Shown here one piece after another: positions 48,166-57,721 of a stretch of 64,000 nt of DNA. The stretch's first letter is position 1. Every line of letters starts with the position of its first letter. The DNA lies in assembly GCA_023512475.1 (NCBI GenBank), contig JAILZL010000005.1, forward strand, positions 9,433-73,432. Reading direction: 5' to 3'. The stretch comes from Syntrophobacterales bacterium. Lineage in GTDB: Bacteria > Desulfobacterota > Desulfobaccia > Desulfobaccales > 0-14-0-80-60-11. Made by a program: the position numbers and the translations under genes. Under the pieces are notes generated by a model that was not told where the DNA came from, did no database searches, and saw only the letters and a list, made by a program, of their open reading frames with translations.

Positions 48166-49284
48166 ATGCCCAGTACCGTGTATTTCATGGATCTCAGGGC
48201 CTCCCTGAAGGAGACCAATTTCCAGAAGTTCGGCAGACTGCTCAAGGCCCTGGACCTCAAGCGCATCATCCAGCGCAAGAAGAAGCGGCCCCTCATCGCG
48301 GTGAAGCTGCACTTCGGCGAAAAAGGCAATACCAGCTACATCCGCCCCAACTTCGTGCGCCTGGTGGTGGACGAGCTCTGGGCCGGCGGCGCCAATCCCT
48401 TTCTCACCGACAGCAACACCCTCTACATCGGCACCCGCCTGGAGGCGGTGAGCCACCTCACCACCGCCATCGAAAACGGCTTCGCCTATGCCGTCACCCG
48501 GGCCCCCATCATCATCGCCGACGGCCTCACCGGCAAGGCCGAGGTGGAGGTGGAGATCCACCAGGAGCAGTTCCGCACCGTCTATATCGCCGAGGCCATC
48601 CACGAAGCCGAGGGCCTCATCGCCCTGAGCCATTTCAAGCTCCACGAGATGGCGGGCTTCGGCGGGGCCCTGAAGAACCTGGCCATGGGGGGCGCCTCCC
48701 GCAAGGGCAAGCTGGCCCAGCACAGCAACATCGCCCCGGTGGTGACGGAAAAGAAGTGCACCGGCTGCGGTGAGTGCGTGGCCCACTGCGCCGCCGAGGC
48801 CATCCATATCAACCCGGAGACGGAGAAGGCGGTCATCGACCCCAAAAAGTGCGTGGGCTGCGCCGAATGCATCGCGGTCTGCCCCTACGGCAACATCCAG
48901 ATCCAGTGGAACGAGGCCATTCCCGTCTTTCTGAAGAAAATGGTGGAGTATGCCTACGGGGTGCTCCTGAACAAAAAGGACCGGGCGGTCTTCATCAACT
49001 TCGTCACCCAGGTCTCCCCGGCCTGCGACTGCTACGGCTTCAACGACTTTCCGGTGGTGAGCGACCTCGGCATCCTGGGCTCGTATGATCCCGTGGCTTT
49101 GGATCAGGCCTGCGCCGACCTGGTCATCCAGGCCCCCGGACTGCCCGGGAGCCAGCTCCAGGACCTGAGCCCCGGCAGCGACAAGTTCCGGGACATCTAC
49201 CCCCAGATCGACTGGCCCCTGCAGCTGGAGTATGCCGAGCGCCTCGGCTTGGGCACCCGCGAATACGAACTGGTGACGGTGTGA
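48166..49284 (+). CDS. DUF362 domain protein with two 4Fe-4S ferredoxin motifs
   Basis: 372 aa. The N-terminal part (AVKLHFGEKGNTSYIRPNFVRLVVDEL...FLTDSNTLY) follows the DUF362 pattern. The ferredoxin motifs are CTGCGECVAHC and CVGCAECIAVCP. Confidence 0.8.
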   Translation: MPSTVYFMDLRASLKETNFQKFGRLLKALDLKRIIQRKKKRPLIAVKLHFGEKGNTSYIRPNFVRLVVDELWAGGANPFLTDSNTLYIGTRLEAVSHLTTAIENGFAYAVTRAPIIIADGLTGKAEVEVEIHQEQFRTVYIAEAIHEAEGLIALSHFKLHEMAGFGGALKNLAMGGASRKGKLAQHSNIAPVVTEKKCTGCGECVAHCAAEAIHINPETEKAVIDPKKCVGCAECIAVCPYGNIQIQWNEAIPVFLKKMVEYAYGVLLNKKDRAVFINFVTQVSPACDCYGFNDFPVVSDLGILGSYDPVALDQACADLVIQAPGLPGSQLQDLSPGSDKFRDIYPQIDWPLQLEYAERLGLGTREYELVTV

Positions 49285-49407
49285 GCTGTGGGGCCTCGGG
49301 GGCGGGGGATGCCCCCATGCCCCCTTTCCTATCCCCTACGGGAAGCCGGGAGGGCGCGGGCGTCGGCCTCCCGGCTCTCCCCTGACTTTCGTCACCTGGA
49401 GGATCAC

Positions 49408-49980
49408 ATGCTGCCCATCGGACCGTTGATGGCGGAGCACCGGTTGATTGAGCGTCTGGTGCATCTTCTGGCCCAGGAGCTGGAGCGCCTGAAGAGCAAC
49501 GTGGCCGTGGACCCGGAGTTCGCCTTTGTGGATCCGGTGTTTATCGACGCCGCAGTGGATTTCCTGCGCACGTATGCGGACCGCTGCCACCACGGCAAGG
49601 AGGAGGACCTCCTCTTTGCGGCGCTGGCGGCCAAGGAGCTCACCCCCGAGCACCGCCGGCTCCTGGAGGAGCTCACCCGGGAGCATATACAGGCCCGGGA
49701 GCTCACCCGGGAACTGATGGAGGCCAAACGGGATCACCTGCGCCAGGACCCCGGGGCTCTGGAGCGGATTCTCCGCCGGCTGGAGGCCCTGGTGGAACTC
49801 TATCCCCGGCACATCGCCACGGAAGACCAGGAGTTTTTCCTCCCGGTGATGGAGTATTTCAGCCCCGCGGAGAAAGAGGAGCTGCTGGCCCGCATGGCGG
49901 AGTTCGACCGCCAGCTGATTCACGAGAAGTACCGCAGCCTGGTGGAGGCGTATGAAAGCCGGCGGGCCTGTCAGCTCTGA
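49408..49980 (+). CDS. hemerythrin-like (HHE cation-binding) domain protein
   Basis: Starts at ATG 49408, after GGAGGA. Contains MAEHRLIERL, CHHGKEEDLLF, LTREHIQAREL and RHIATEDQEFF. Confidence 0.75.
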   Translation: MLPIGPLMAEHRLIERLVHLLAQELERLKSNVAVDPEFAFVDPVFIDAAVDFLRTYADRCHHGKEEDLLFAALAAKELTPEHRRLLEELTREHIQARELTRELMEAKRDHLRQDPGALERILRRLEALVELYPRHIATEDQEFFLPVMEYFSPAEKEELLARMAEFDRQLIHEKYRSLVEAYESRRACQL

Positions 49981-50063
49981 GGCTGCCCCGTTGCCTTGAC
50001 AAGGCGGCCGATTATGCTGAGCATTAGGTCAGAGCCCCATCACCGCATCCAGGGGGAACGCCC

Positions 50064-50513
50064 ATGAATGAGGAGCTGAAGACTCTCATCGAGCAGGCCA
50101 TCGCCCAGGAGGAGCTGTCCCACGAGTTTTACCGGCGCATGGCCGAGATCGTCACCCACGCCGACACCAGGGAGACCTTCCTCTATCTGGCCAAGGAGGA
50201 GATGGAGCACAAGCACTTCCTGGAGCAGTGCCTCACTCCCCAGGGCTGTCCCCTGGCCGGGCATCCCCAGGATACCAAGCTGGCGGAATACATGCAGGCC
50301 CCCGTCATCACCCCGGAGATGACCCCCAAGGAGGCCTTGCTGGTGGCCATGAAGCGGGAGGAGGCGGCCTACCATTTCTATCAGCATCTGGCCGGCCTGC
50401 AGCCCCCGGGGGAGGCCAAGGCCTTTCTGGAGAAGATGGCCCTGGTGGAGCTGGGGCACAAGGAAAAGGTGGAGTATCTCTACGATAATGTCGCCTTCCC
50501 TGAGGTCTGGTGA
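50064..50513 (+). CDS. ferritin-like / rubrerythrin-family diiron protein
   Basis: 149 aa. Two E...ExxH half-sites: EELSHEFY...KEEMEHKHF and REEAAYHFY...VELGHKEKV. Confidence 0.7.
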   Translation: MNEELKTLIEQAIAQEELSHEFYRRMAEIVTHADTRETFLYLAKEEMEHKHFLEQCLTPQGCPLAGHPQDTKLAEYMQAPVITPEMTPKEALLVAMKREEAAYHFYQHLAGLQPPGEAKAFLEKMALVELGHKEKVEYLYDNVAFPEVW

Positions 50514-50522
50514 CGGGCCGGT

Positions 50523-51167
50523 ATGGCTCCGGGGTTCCTCATCGCCCTGGAGGGCATGGACGGCGCGGGCAAATCCACCCAGGCCCGGCTGCTGGCCCAG
50601 GCCTTGGCCGAGCGGGGTTATGAGGTCCTCCTCACCCGGGAGCCGTCCGACGCCCCCCTGGGGGTGCGGCTCCGGCAGTATCTGGTGGGGGGCGGCCGGC
50701 GCCTTCCCCCGGAGCTGGAGCTGGCCTGGTTCATGGCCGACCGGCGGGAGCATGTGGCCCGGGTACTGGCCCCGGCCCTGGCCGCCGGGAAGGTGGTGGT
50801 GAGCGACCGCTCCTATTATTCCTCTGCCGCCTACCAGGGGGCCCGGGGCCTGGATCCCGAGGCCATCATCGCCCTGAATGAAACCTTTGCCCCCCGGCCG
50901 GATGTGGTCTTTCTCCTCCTCCTGCCGGTGGCGGAGGCCCTGCGGCGGCGGCCGGAGGCCAAGGGGCTGTGGCGCCGGGGCGAGGTGCAGAGCTATCTCG
51001 GGCGGGTGAGCGCCTGTTATGAGCGGCTTCAGGGGCCGCACCTGGTGCGCCTCGATGCCCGCCTGCCCCTGGAGGCGGTGCATCATCAGCTGGTGGCCCT
51101 CACCCTGGCCGCCCTGAGGCGGGCCGGCCTTTTCCCCACCCCGGGGATTTGGGAGGGAAAGCCATGA
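50523..51167 (+). CDS. tmk: dTMP (thymidylate) kinase
   Basis: 214 aa. P-loop IALEGMDGAGKSTQ, plus LTREP, DRSYYSSAAYQG and a lid Arg-rich segment. Confidence 0.9.
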   Translation: MAPGFLIALEGMDGAGKSTQARLLAQALAERGYEVLLTREPSDAPLGVRLRQYLVGGGRRLPPELELAWFMADRREHVARVLAPALAAGKVVVSDRSYYSSAAYQGARGLDPEAIIALNETFAPRPDVVFLLLLPVAEALRRRPEAKGLWRRGEVQSYLGRVSACYERLQGPHLVRLDARLPLEAVHHQLVALTLAALRRAGLFPTPGIWEGKP

Positions 51168-51433
51168 GCATGTGGTTTTTCGACGACTTTCCGGACCTGG
51201 CGGATTATCAGGCCCTGCGCCGGGAGATGCGGGCCCTGGAGCGGGAATACCTGGAGGTGCGCCAGATTCAGGCCGAAGCGGAAGAAGCCCTGCGCCTAAA
51301 TCCAGGGGATGTCTATCTCACCGCCCGGGTGGCCTACTATGCTAAGCGGCGGCGGGGTCTGGAAGCCCTGGCGCCCCGACTGGCGGATGAGTATCCCCTG
51401 GAGGTGGCCCTCTTCCTGCCGCCGCACGGGTAA
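51164..51433 (+). CDS. small acidic helical hypothetical protein
   Basis: 89 aa, from ATG 51164 (MSMWFFDDFPDLADYQALRREMRALEREYLE...). Its start overlaps the tmk stop (ATGA). No recognisable family. Confidence 0.4.
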   Translation: MSMWFFDDFPDLADYQALRREMRALEREYLEVRQIQAEAEEALRLNPGDVYLTARVAYYAKRRRGLEALAPRLADEYPLEVALFLPPHG

Positions 51434-51614
51434 GGCTAACGGGGCCCCGACTCTCCGGCCCCTATGGCCGGCCCGTTACTGAAAGGGGGCAGCCCCGGCG
51501 GTGCGCCGCGGGCTCGGCGGTGAATGCGGGATTCCGGGCGGCGCCCGGAGGGGAGGGCGGTGGGTGGGTTCTGGGACCGCCGGCCGGGGTGGAGGGGAAA
51601 TTCGGCTCGCCGCC

Positions 51615-51643
51615 TTGACAAGCAGTGGCCTTGAGGTTAGAAA
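51615..51643 (+). promoter_or_regulatory. candidate sigma70-type promoter for the tRNA-Lys / tRNA-Glu unit
   Basis: TTGACA (51615-51620), a 17-nt spacer, then TAGAAA (51638-51643). It ends about 10 nt before the tRNA-Lys 5' end. Confidence 0.45.
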
Positions 51644-51653
51644 ATATCAATAC

Positions 51654-51729
51654 GGGCCGTTAACTCAGCTGGTAGAGTATCTGCCTTTTAAGCAGAGAGT
51701 CGTTGGTTCGAATCCAACACGGCCCACCA
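51654..51729 (+). tRNA. tRNA-Lys (anticodon TTT), CCA encoded
   Basis: Folded by hand. Acceptor GGGCCGT/ACGGCCC, D stem ACTC/GAGT, anticodon stem TCTGC/GCAGA with loop CTTTTAA, T arm GTTGG-TTCGAAT-CCAAC. Confidence 0.92.
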
Positions 51730-51843
51730 CCGCCGGGTCCGCAAGGCCATGCTCTTCTCCCGGGAGCCTGGGTCCCGTGGCGGGAGCCACACCCCGGCCT
51801 GAGGAATAGCGCCTCTGGCGGCAGCACCAGCGGCACACCCTGC

Positions 51844-51921
51844 GTCCCCATCGTCTAGCCTGGTCCAGGACACCGGCCTTTCACGCCGGCAACCGGGGTT
51901 CAAATCCCCGTGGGGACGCCA
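51844..51921 (+). tRNA. tRNA-Glu (anticodon TTC), CCA encoded
   Basis: Folded by hand. Acceptor GTCCCCA/TGGGGAC, D stem GTCT/GGAC, anticodon stem CCGGC/GCCGG with loop CTTTCAC, T arm CGGGG-TTCAAAT-CCCCG. Confidence 0.92.
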
Positions 51922-52013
51922 ATCCATCAAACCGACCCCCATCCAGCCTCTCTTCCCCACGCATTTCCCACCCCCGGGGGGATGCCGGTGCAAAAACCGG
52001 GCGGGGCAGGAAC

Positions 52014-52044
52014 GGACTGCTGTCCCGGGCAGTTCATTTTCTTC
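52014..52044 (+). terminator. candidate intrinsic terminator downstream of tRNA-Glu
   Basis: 7-bp stem GGACTGC/GCAGTTC (one G-T pair) with an 8-nt loop, followed by ATTTTCTT. Confidence 0.45.
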
Positions 52045-52302
52045 CCGGTGGCCTTTCGGGTTTCCCTTGATTGAACATCTGCTGCGCCACCGGCCGGAGC
52101 CCGGGAAAGCCTTGCGGAACCCCCTCTTGGGACACTCCTGCGGCTTTCGGCCGCCGGTCGGCCCGCACACCAAGTCCCCATGGGGAAAAGGGCGGCAGAA
52201 AACCTCCCCATCGCCCCGGCCTGGAGGCTCACCCTGAGGCTACCCAGGCGGGCGGTGGGGCGGCACCAGGGGCCGTCACTCTCCCGGCCATCCTGCCCAG
52301 AG

Positions 52303-52344
52303 CCAAAAAGAGCCCAGGGAGAGGAGGAGGCCTCCTTCCCTGGG
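52303..52344 (-). terminator. candidate intrinsic terminator downstream of katG
   Basis: Long GC-rich hairpin CCCAGGGA...AGGAGGCCTCCT...TCCCTGGG (52313-52344). On the minus strand it is followed by CTCTTTTTGG. It lies about 130 nt after the katG stop. Confidence 0.5.
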
Positions 52345-52471
52345 CGGCGTCACCCAGTCAAGGCCCGGGGGCATTGACGGCCCTCAGGGAAATGTGGGGG
52401 AGGCCGGCGGCCCCGGCCCTTCCCCCCTCATCCCGGGCGCCTCCCTGCCGGGGGGAAAGGAAGCGCCAATG

Positions 52472-54748
<2,277 letters not shown>

Positions 54749-55432
54749 CAGGAAAATTCTTTTCGATTAGGATATTAAGTTTCCTTTCCCCTGTCAAGGG
54801 TTTTTGCTCCCGGTCCCGCCCGCCGGAAAACCCGGCCCGAGCCGGCCGCCGGGCCTGGGAGAGATTCCCCACGCCACCTCGTCCCGGGGCCGGCGGGATG
54901 TGGCGCTCCTTGCCGCCTGGAGGTGCGCTTATCTTTTTCAGGGAAATGCTGAGTAAAATTATGACTAAGCAGAAGGCCCGGGCCTTAATATTCACCAATA
55001 AGAAGGGGCAGCTGCCCGGTGACCCTGTCCCGGTCTGGGGGTCTGGCCGGCGAGGAAGAACCGGCTGCTCCTCCTCTTCCTGCTCCCTGCTTTTCAGGTC
55101 CTCCGCCCTGTCCGCCCTGCATATCCTGAAAAAACCTGGGATGAGGCGGAAACTTCCTGGAACCCCTGGGCGGCCTGAAGGCCTGACGTGCGGAAGGGGC
55201 CGCTCGTGATCCGCCCACTGATGATGATGCGGCACTGTTTTGGGCCCTGCTGTGGTGCGCCCCGGTCCTTAGGGCGCAGCCTCTGCCGGACCGGGAAACG
55301 GGGTGACATCCTGACCCTGCGGCAAGGAGTCTCAGGAGGCCTGGGGGCGAGGCCCTCGGCTCCCTCCTGCGGGGTGGGGATCCTTGTCCCGGCCTGCCCC
55401 CGGACCCGCCTTTCGCCGGGATCTCCCTCGCT

Positions 55433-56053
55433 TCAGGGGTCCTCCCCGAAAAGACTGAGGTGGCGGAGGGCCGCCAGGTCGGTGAGGGAGACCATGGCCA
55501 GGCGCCGCCGCTCCAGGTCCAGCACGGCAAAGCTGAAGGCGGGATAGCGCCCCTCCTCCAGGGTGAAGGCCCCGGGCACGATGAGATAGACGTGGTCGGG
55601 CTCCAAGGGGAGGCAGGCCTGTCGGGGCCGGAATTCCTGGGGCCTTAGGGCGTCGTTGATGTAGAGCAGCCGGGGCGCCGGGGGCCGGTAGTCGGTGACG
55701 CTGGGGACATGGGTGTGGCCGTGGCAGAAAAGCAGCGGCGGCCGGCCGGAGGCCGGGGCCGCCAGATAGTCATGCAGTTCCCGGCGGAAGTGGGTCCACA
55801 GCAGGGCCCGGGTGTGGGCCAGAAAAATGTTGCCGGGCACCGCCAGCCCCATGCCGCAGGCGGTGGCCTCTGGCAGCAGGGGGCCATGGAAATCGTAGAC
55901 CCAATACAGGCGGCGGTGCGGGCCGCCGGTCAGCCAGGCCCGGAAGGGCTCCGGGGGACAATCCCCCAGACAGGCCAGATCCGTGAGGCCCCGGGCGGCG
56001 AAAAATTCCAGGAGAAGCGGGAGACCGGCCGTGTAGGTGTGGGTGTCCGCCAC
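55433..56053 (-). CDS. calcineurin-like metallophosphoesterase
   Basis: 206 aa from GTG 56053. Motifs ADTH (DxH), CLGDC, and FCHGHTH (GHTH). The residues RLAL encoded just upstream of the GTG look like the missing first strand; see findings. Confidence 0.7.
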   Translation of the reverse strand: MADTHTYTAGLPLLLEFFAARGLTDLACLGDCPPEPFRAWLTGGPHRRLYWVYDFHGPLLPEATACGMGLAVPGNIFLAHTRALLWTHFRRELHDYLAAPASGRPPLLFCHGHTHVPSVTDYRPPAPRLLYINDALRPQEFRPRQACLPLEPDHVYLIVPGAFTLEEGRYPAFSFAVLDLERRRLAMVSLTDLAALRHLSLFGEDP

Positions 56054-56105
56054 AAGGGCCAGTCTCCCGGGGGCCCGTTCTGCCTGAGGGGCCGCAGGCG
56101 TCCGG

Positions 56106-56267
56106 CTATTTGAAGGGCCGAAAGCCGCAGACGTGCCCCTCCGTCCCTTTGATGCGCTCCATCAGCTTCTGGAGGAATTTCAGGGCTTCCTCCGCGTCCT
56201 TGTCGATGACGATGCCTTCAATATAGAGCTGATCCTGAGGTTCAAACACCACCTGCTTTTCCGCCAT
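56106..56267 (-). CDS. 53-aa small protein, paralog B of a tandem pair (below ORF-track cutoff)
   Basis: Own translation: MAEKQVVFEPQDQLYIEGIVIDKDAEEALKFLQKLMERIKGTEGHVCGFRPFK. AAGGAGG lies 6 nt upstream of the ATG. About 45 percent identical by eye to the neighbouring 51-aa protein. Confidence 0.55.
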   Translation of the reverse strand: MAEKQVVFEPQDQLYIEGIVIDKDAEEALKFLQKLMERIKGTEGHVCGFRPFK

Positions 56268-56294
56268 AGCAGCCTCCTTGCCGGGGTGGGGAGG

Positions 56295-56450
56295 TTAAAC
56301 GACCTTGGGCCCGCAGGCGTGGCCGGGATGCCCCTTGATCCTGTCCAGAAGGTCGGAACAGAACCGCAGAGCCTCCTCCTTGTCCTTGTCGATGATGATG
56401 GCTTCCATGCGCTGTTGATCGGCATCACTGAAGGTGATGGTGACCGCCAT
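56295..56450 (-). CDS. 51-aa small protein, paralog A of a tandem pair
   Basis: Internal ATG 56450 of ORF 56295..56621, preceded by AAGGAGAGAGG. Sequence: MAVTITFSDADQQRMEAIIIDKDKEEALRFCSDLLDRIKGHPGHACGPKVV. Confidence 0.55.
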   Translation of the reverse strand: MAVTITFSDADQQRMEAIIIDKDKEEALRFCSDLLDRIKGHPGHACGPKVV

Positions 56451-56632
56451 AAGGACCTCTCTCCTTTCACGGTGGGCTGTTCCCAATTTACTCACGGGGG
56501 GGCCCCCTGTCAATAGAAGAAGGGGGGATTGCCCGCCGCGCCCAAATCCGGGATAATGAGATAAAATCCCGTCTGCGAGCCGCCGTCGCTTCGGCCCGGC
56601 GCCCCCCAGACCCTCTCCCAAGGAGAACCATC

Positions 56633-56986
56633 GTGCTCAATCTCACCCGGGAACGCTCCCAACCGGCGCTCTGTCCCTTCTGCCGGGGGCCGGTGCCCCG
56701 TCCCGAGCCCCTGCGCGACGGCCTGTGGTACGAATTCGACGGCGGCCTCTGCCCCACCTGCGGCGCCCACTATGCCCATGACCCCACGGCCCGGAACGGC
56801 GGTGCGACCATGCTCCAGGCCATGGTGCAGGCCTGCGGCGGCGACTGGGACGCCGCCCTGGAGATGGCCCCCGGTGAGGATTACGACGAGGCGGTCCTCA
56901 CCCATTACGACGGCCAGCACCACCGCCTGGCGGAGCGGGCCTTCGGCTCCCTGTACTTCGTGCGGCGCAAGCCCTCCCGGGGTTGA
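56633..56986 (+). CDS. small zinc-ribbon-like Cys-rich hypothetical protein
   Basis: 117 aa. CPFCRG...CPTCGAHY gives a CxxC...CxxC pair, followed by an acidic helical tail. GTG start. No recognisable family. Confidence 0.5.
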   Translation: MLNLTRERSQPALCPFCRGPVPRPEPLRDGLWYEFDGGLCPTCGAHYAHDPTARNGGATMLQAMVQACGGDWDAALEMAPGEDYDEAVLTHYDGQHHRLAERAFGSLYFVRRKPSRG

Positions 56987-57138
56987 GACCCCCGGGAAAA
57001 GACTTGACATCCCCGGCGCCCTGGGGTAGAAGGGCAGTGTGGAGTTATGTCAGGCCGCGCCCGGCCACCCAGGCTCCCCTGGGTGGCCGTTTCTTTTGGG
57101 AGCGTGCCTGGCCGGGCACCATCAGGGAGGAGCCGGCT

Positions 57139-57705
57139 GTGCGTCTGGTGATGATCGACAATTACGATTCCTTCACCTACAACCTGGTGCAGCTCTTCTG
57201 GGAATTTGAGGTGGACATCCGGGTCTTCCGCCACGACGAGGTGACGGTGGAAGAGATCGGGGCTCTCAAACCCCGCTGGCTGTGCATCTCCCCCGGACCC
57301 AAGGCCCCGGCCCAGGCCGGTATCAGCAAGGCGGTCATCGCCCGCTACTACCGGGATCTCCCCATTTTGGGGGTCTGTCTGGGGCACCAGGCCATCAATG
57401 AGGTCTTCGGGGGCGCCACCGCCCGGGCCCCGGAACCGGTGCACGGCAAGCGCCACCTGGTGTTTCACCGGGGGGAGGGGCTGTTTCAGGGTCTGCCCTC
57501 CCCTTTTGCCGCGGCCCGCTACCACTCCCTGGTGGCCCAGCCGGTGGCCCCGGAGCTGTGCCTCACGGCCTGGACCGCGGACGGGGTGGTCATGGGCTTA
57601 AGCCATCCGGACTATCCCCTCCATGGGGTGCAGTTCCACCCCGAATCCTTCCTCACGGAGCACGGTGACCGCCTGGCTCACAATTTCCTGGCACTGGCCC
57701 GCTGA
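57139..57705 (+). CDS. pabA: aminodeoxychorismate/anthranilate synthase glutamine amidotransferase subunit
   Basis: Starts at GTG 57139, after AGGGAGGAG (an alternative start is ATG 57151, MIDNYDSFTYNLV). Contains ISPGPKAP, catalytic Cys in ILGVCLGHQAI, and GVQFHPES. Confidence 0.88.
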   Translation: MRLVMIDNYDSFTYNLVQLFWEFEVDIRVFRHDEVTVEEIGALKPRWLCISPGPKAPAQAGISKAVIARYYRDLPILGVCLGHQAINEVFGGATARAPEPVHGKRHLVFHRGEGLFQGLPSPFAAARYHSLVAQPVAPELCLTAWTADGVVMGLSHPDYPLHGVQFHPESFLTEHGDRLAHNFLALAR

Positions 57706-57721
57706 CGACCCGGGGTAAGCG

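Noticed and set aside
54898-55209. 103-aa plus-strand ORF and 179/181-aa minus-strand ORFs in the katG upstream gap, considered as a possible Fur/PerR regulator gene.
   Set aside because: No Fur-family motifs are present (no HHxHxxCxxC or paired CxxC sites). The sequences are Ser/Gly/Arg/Pro-rich.
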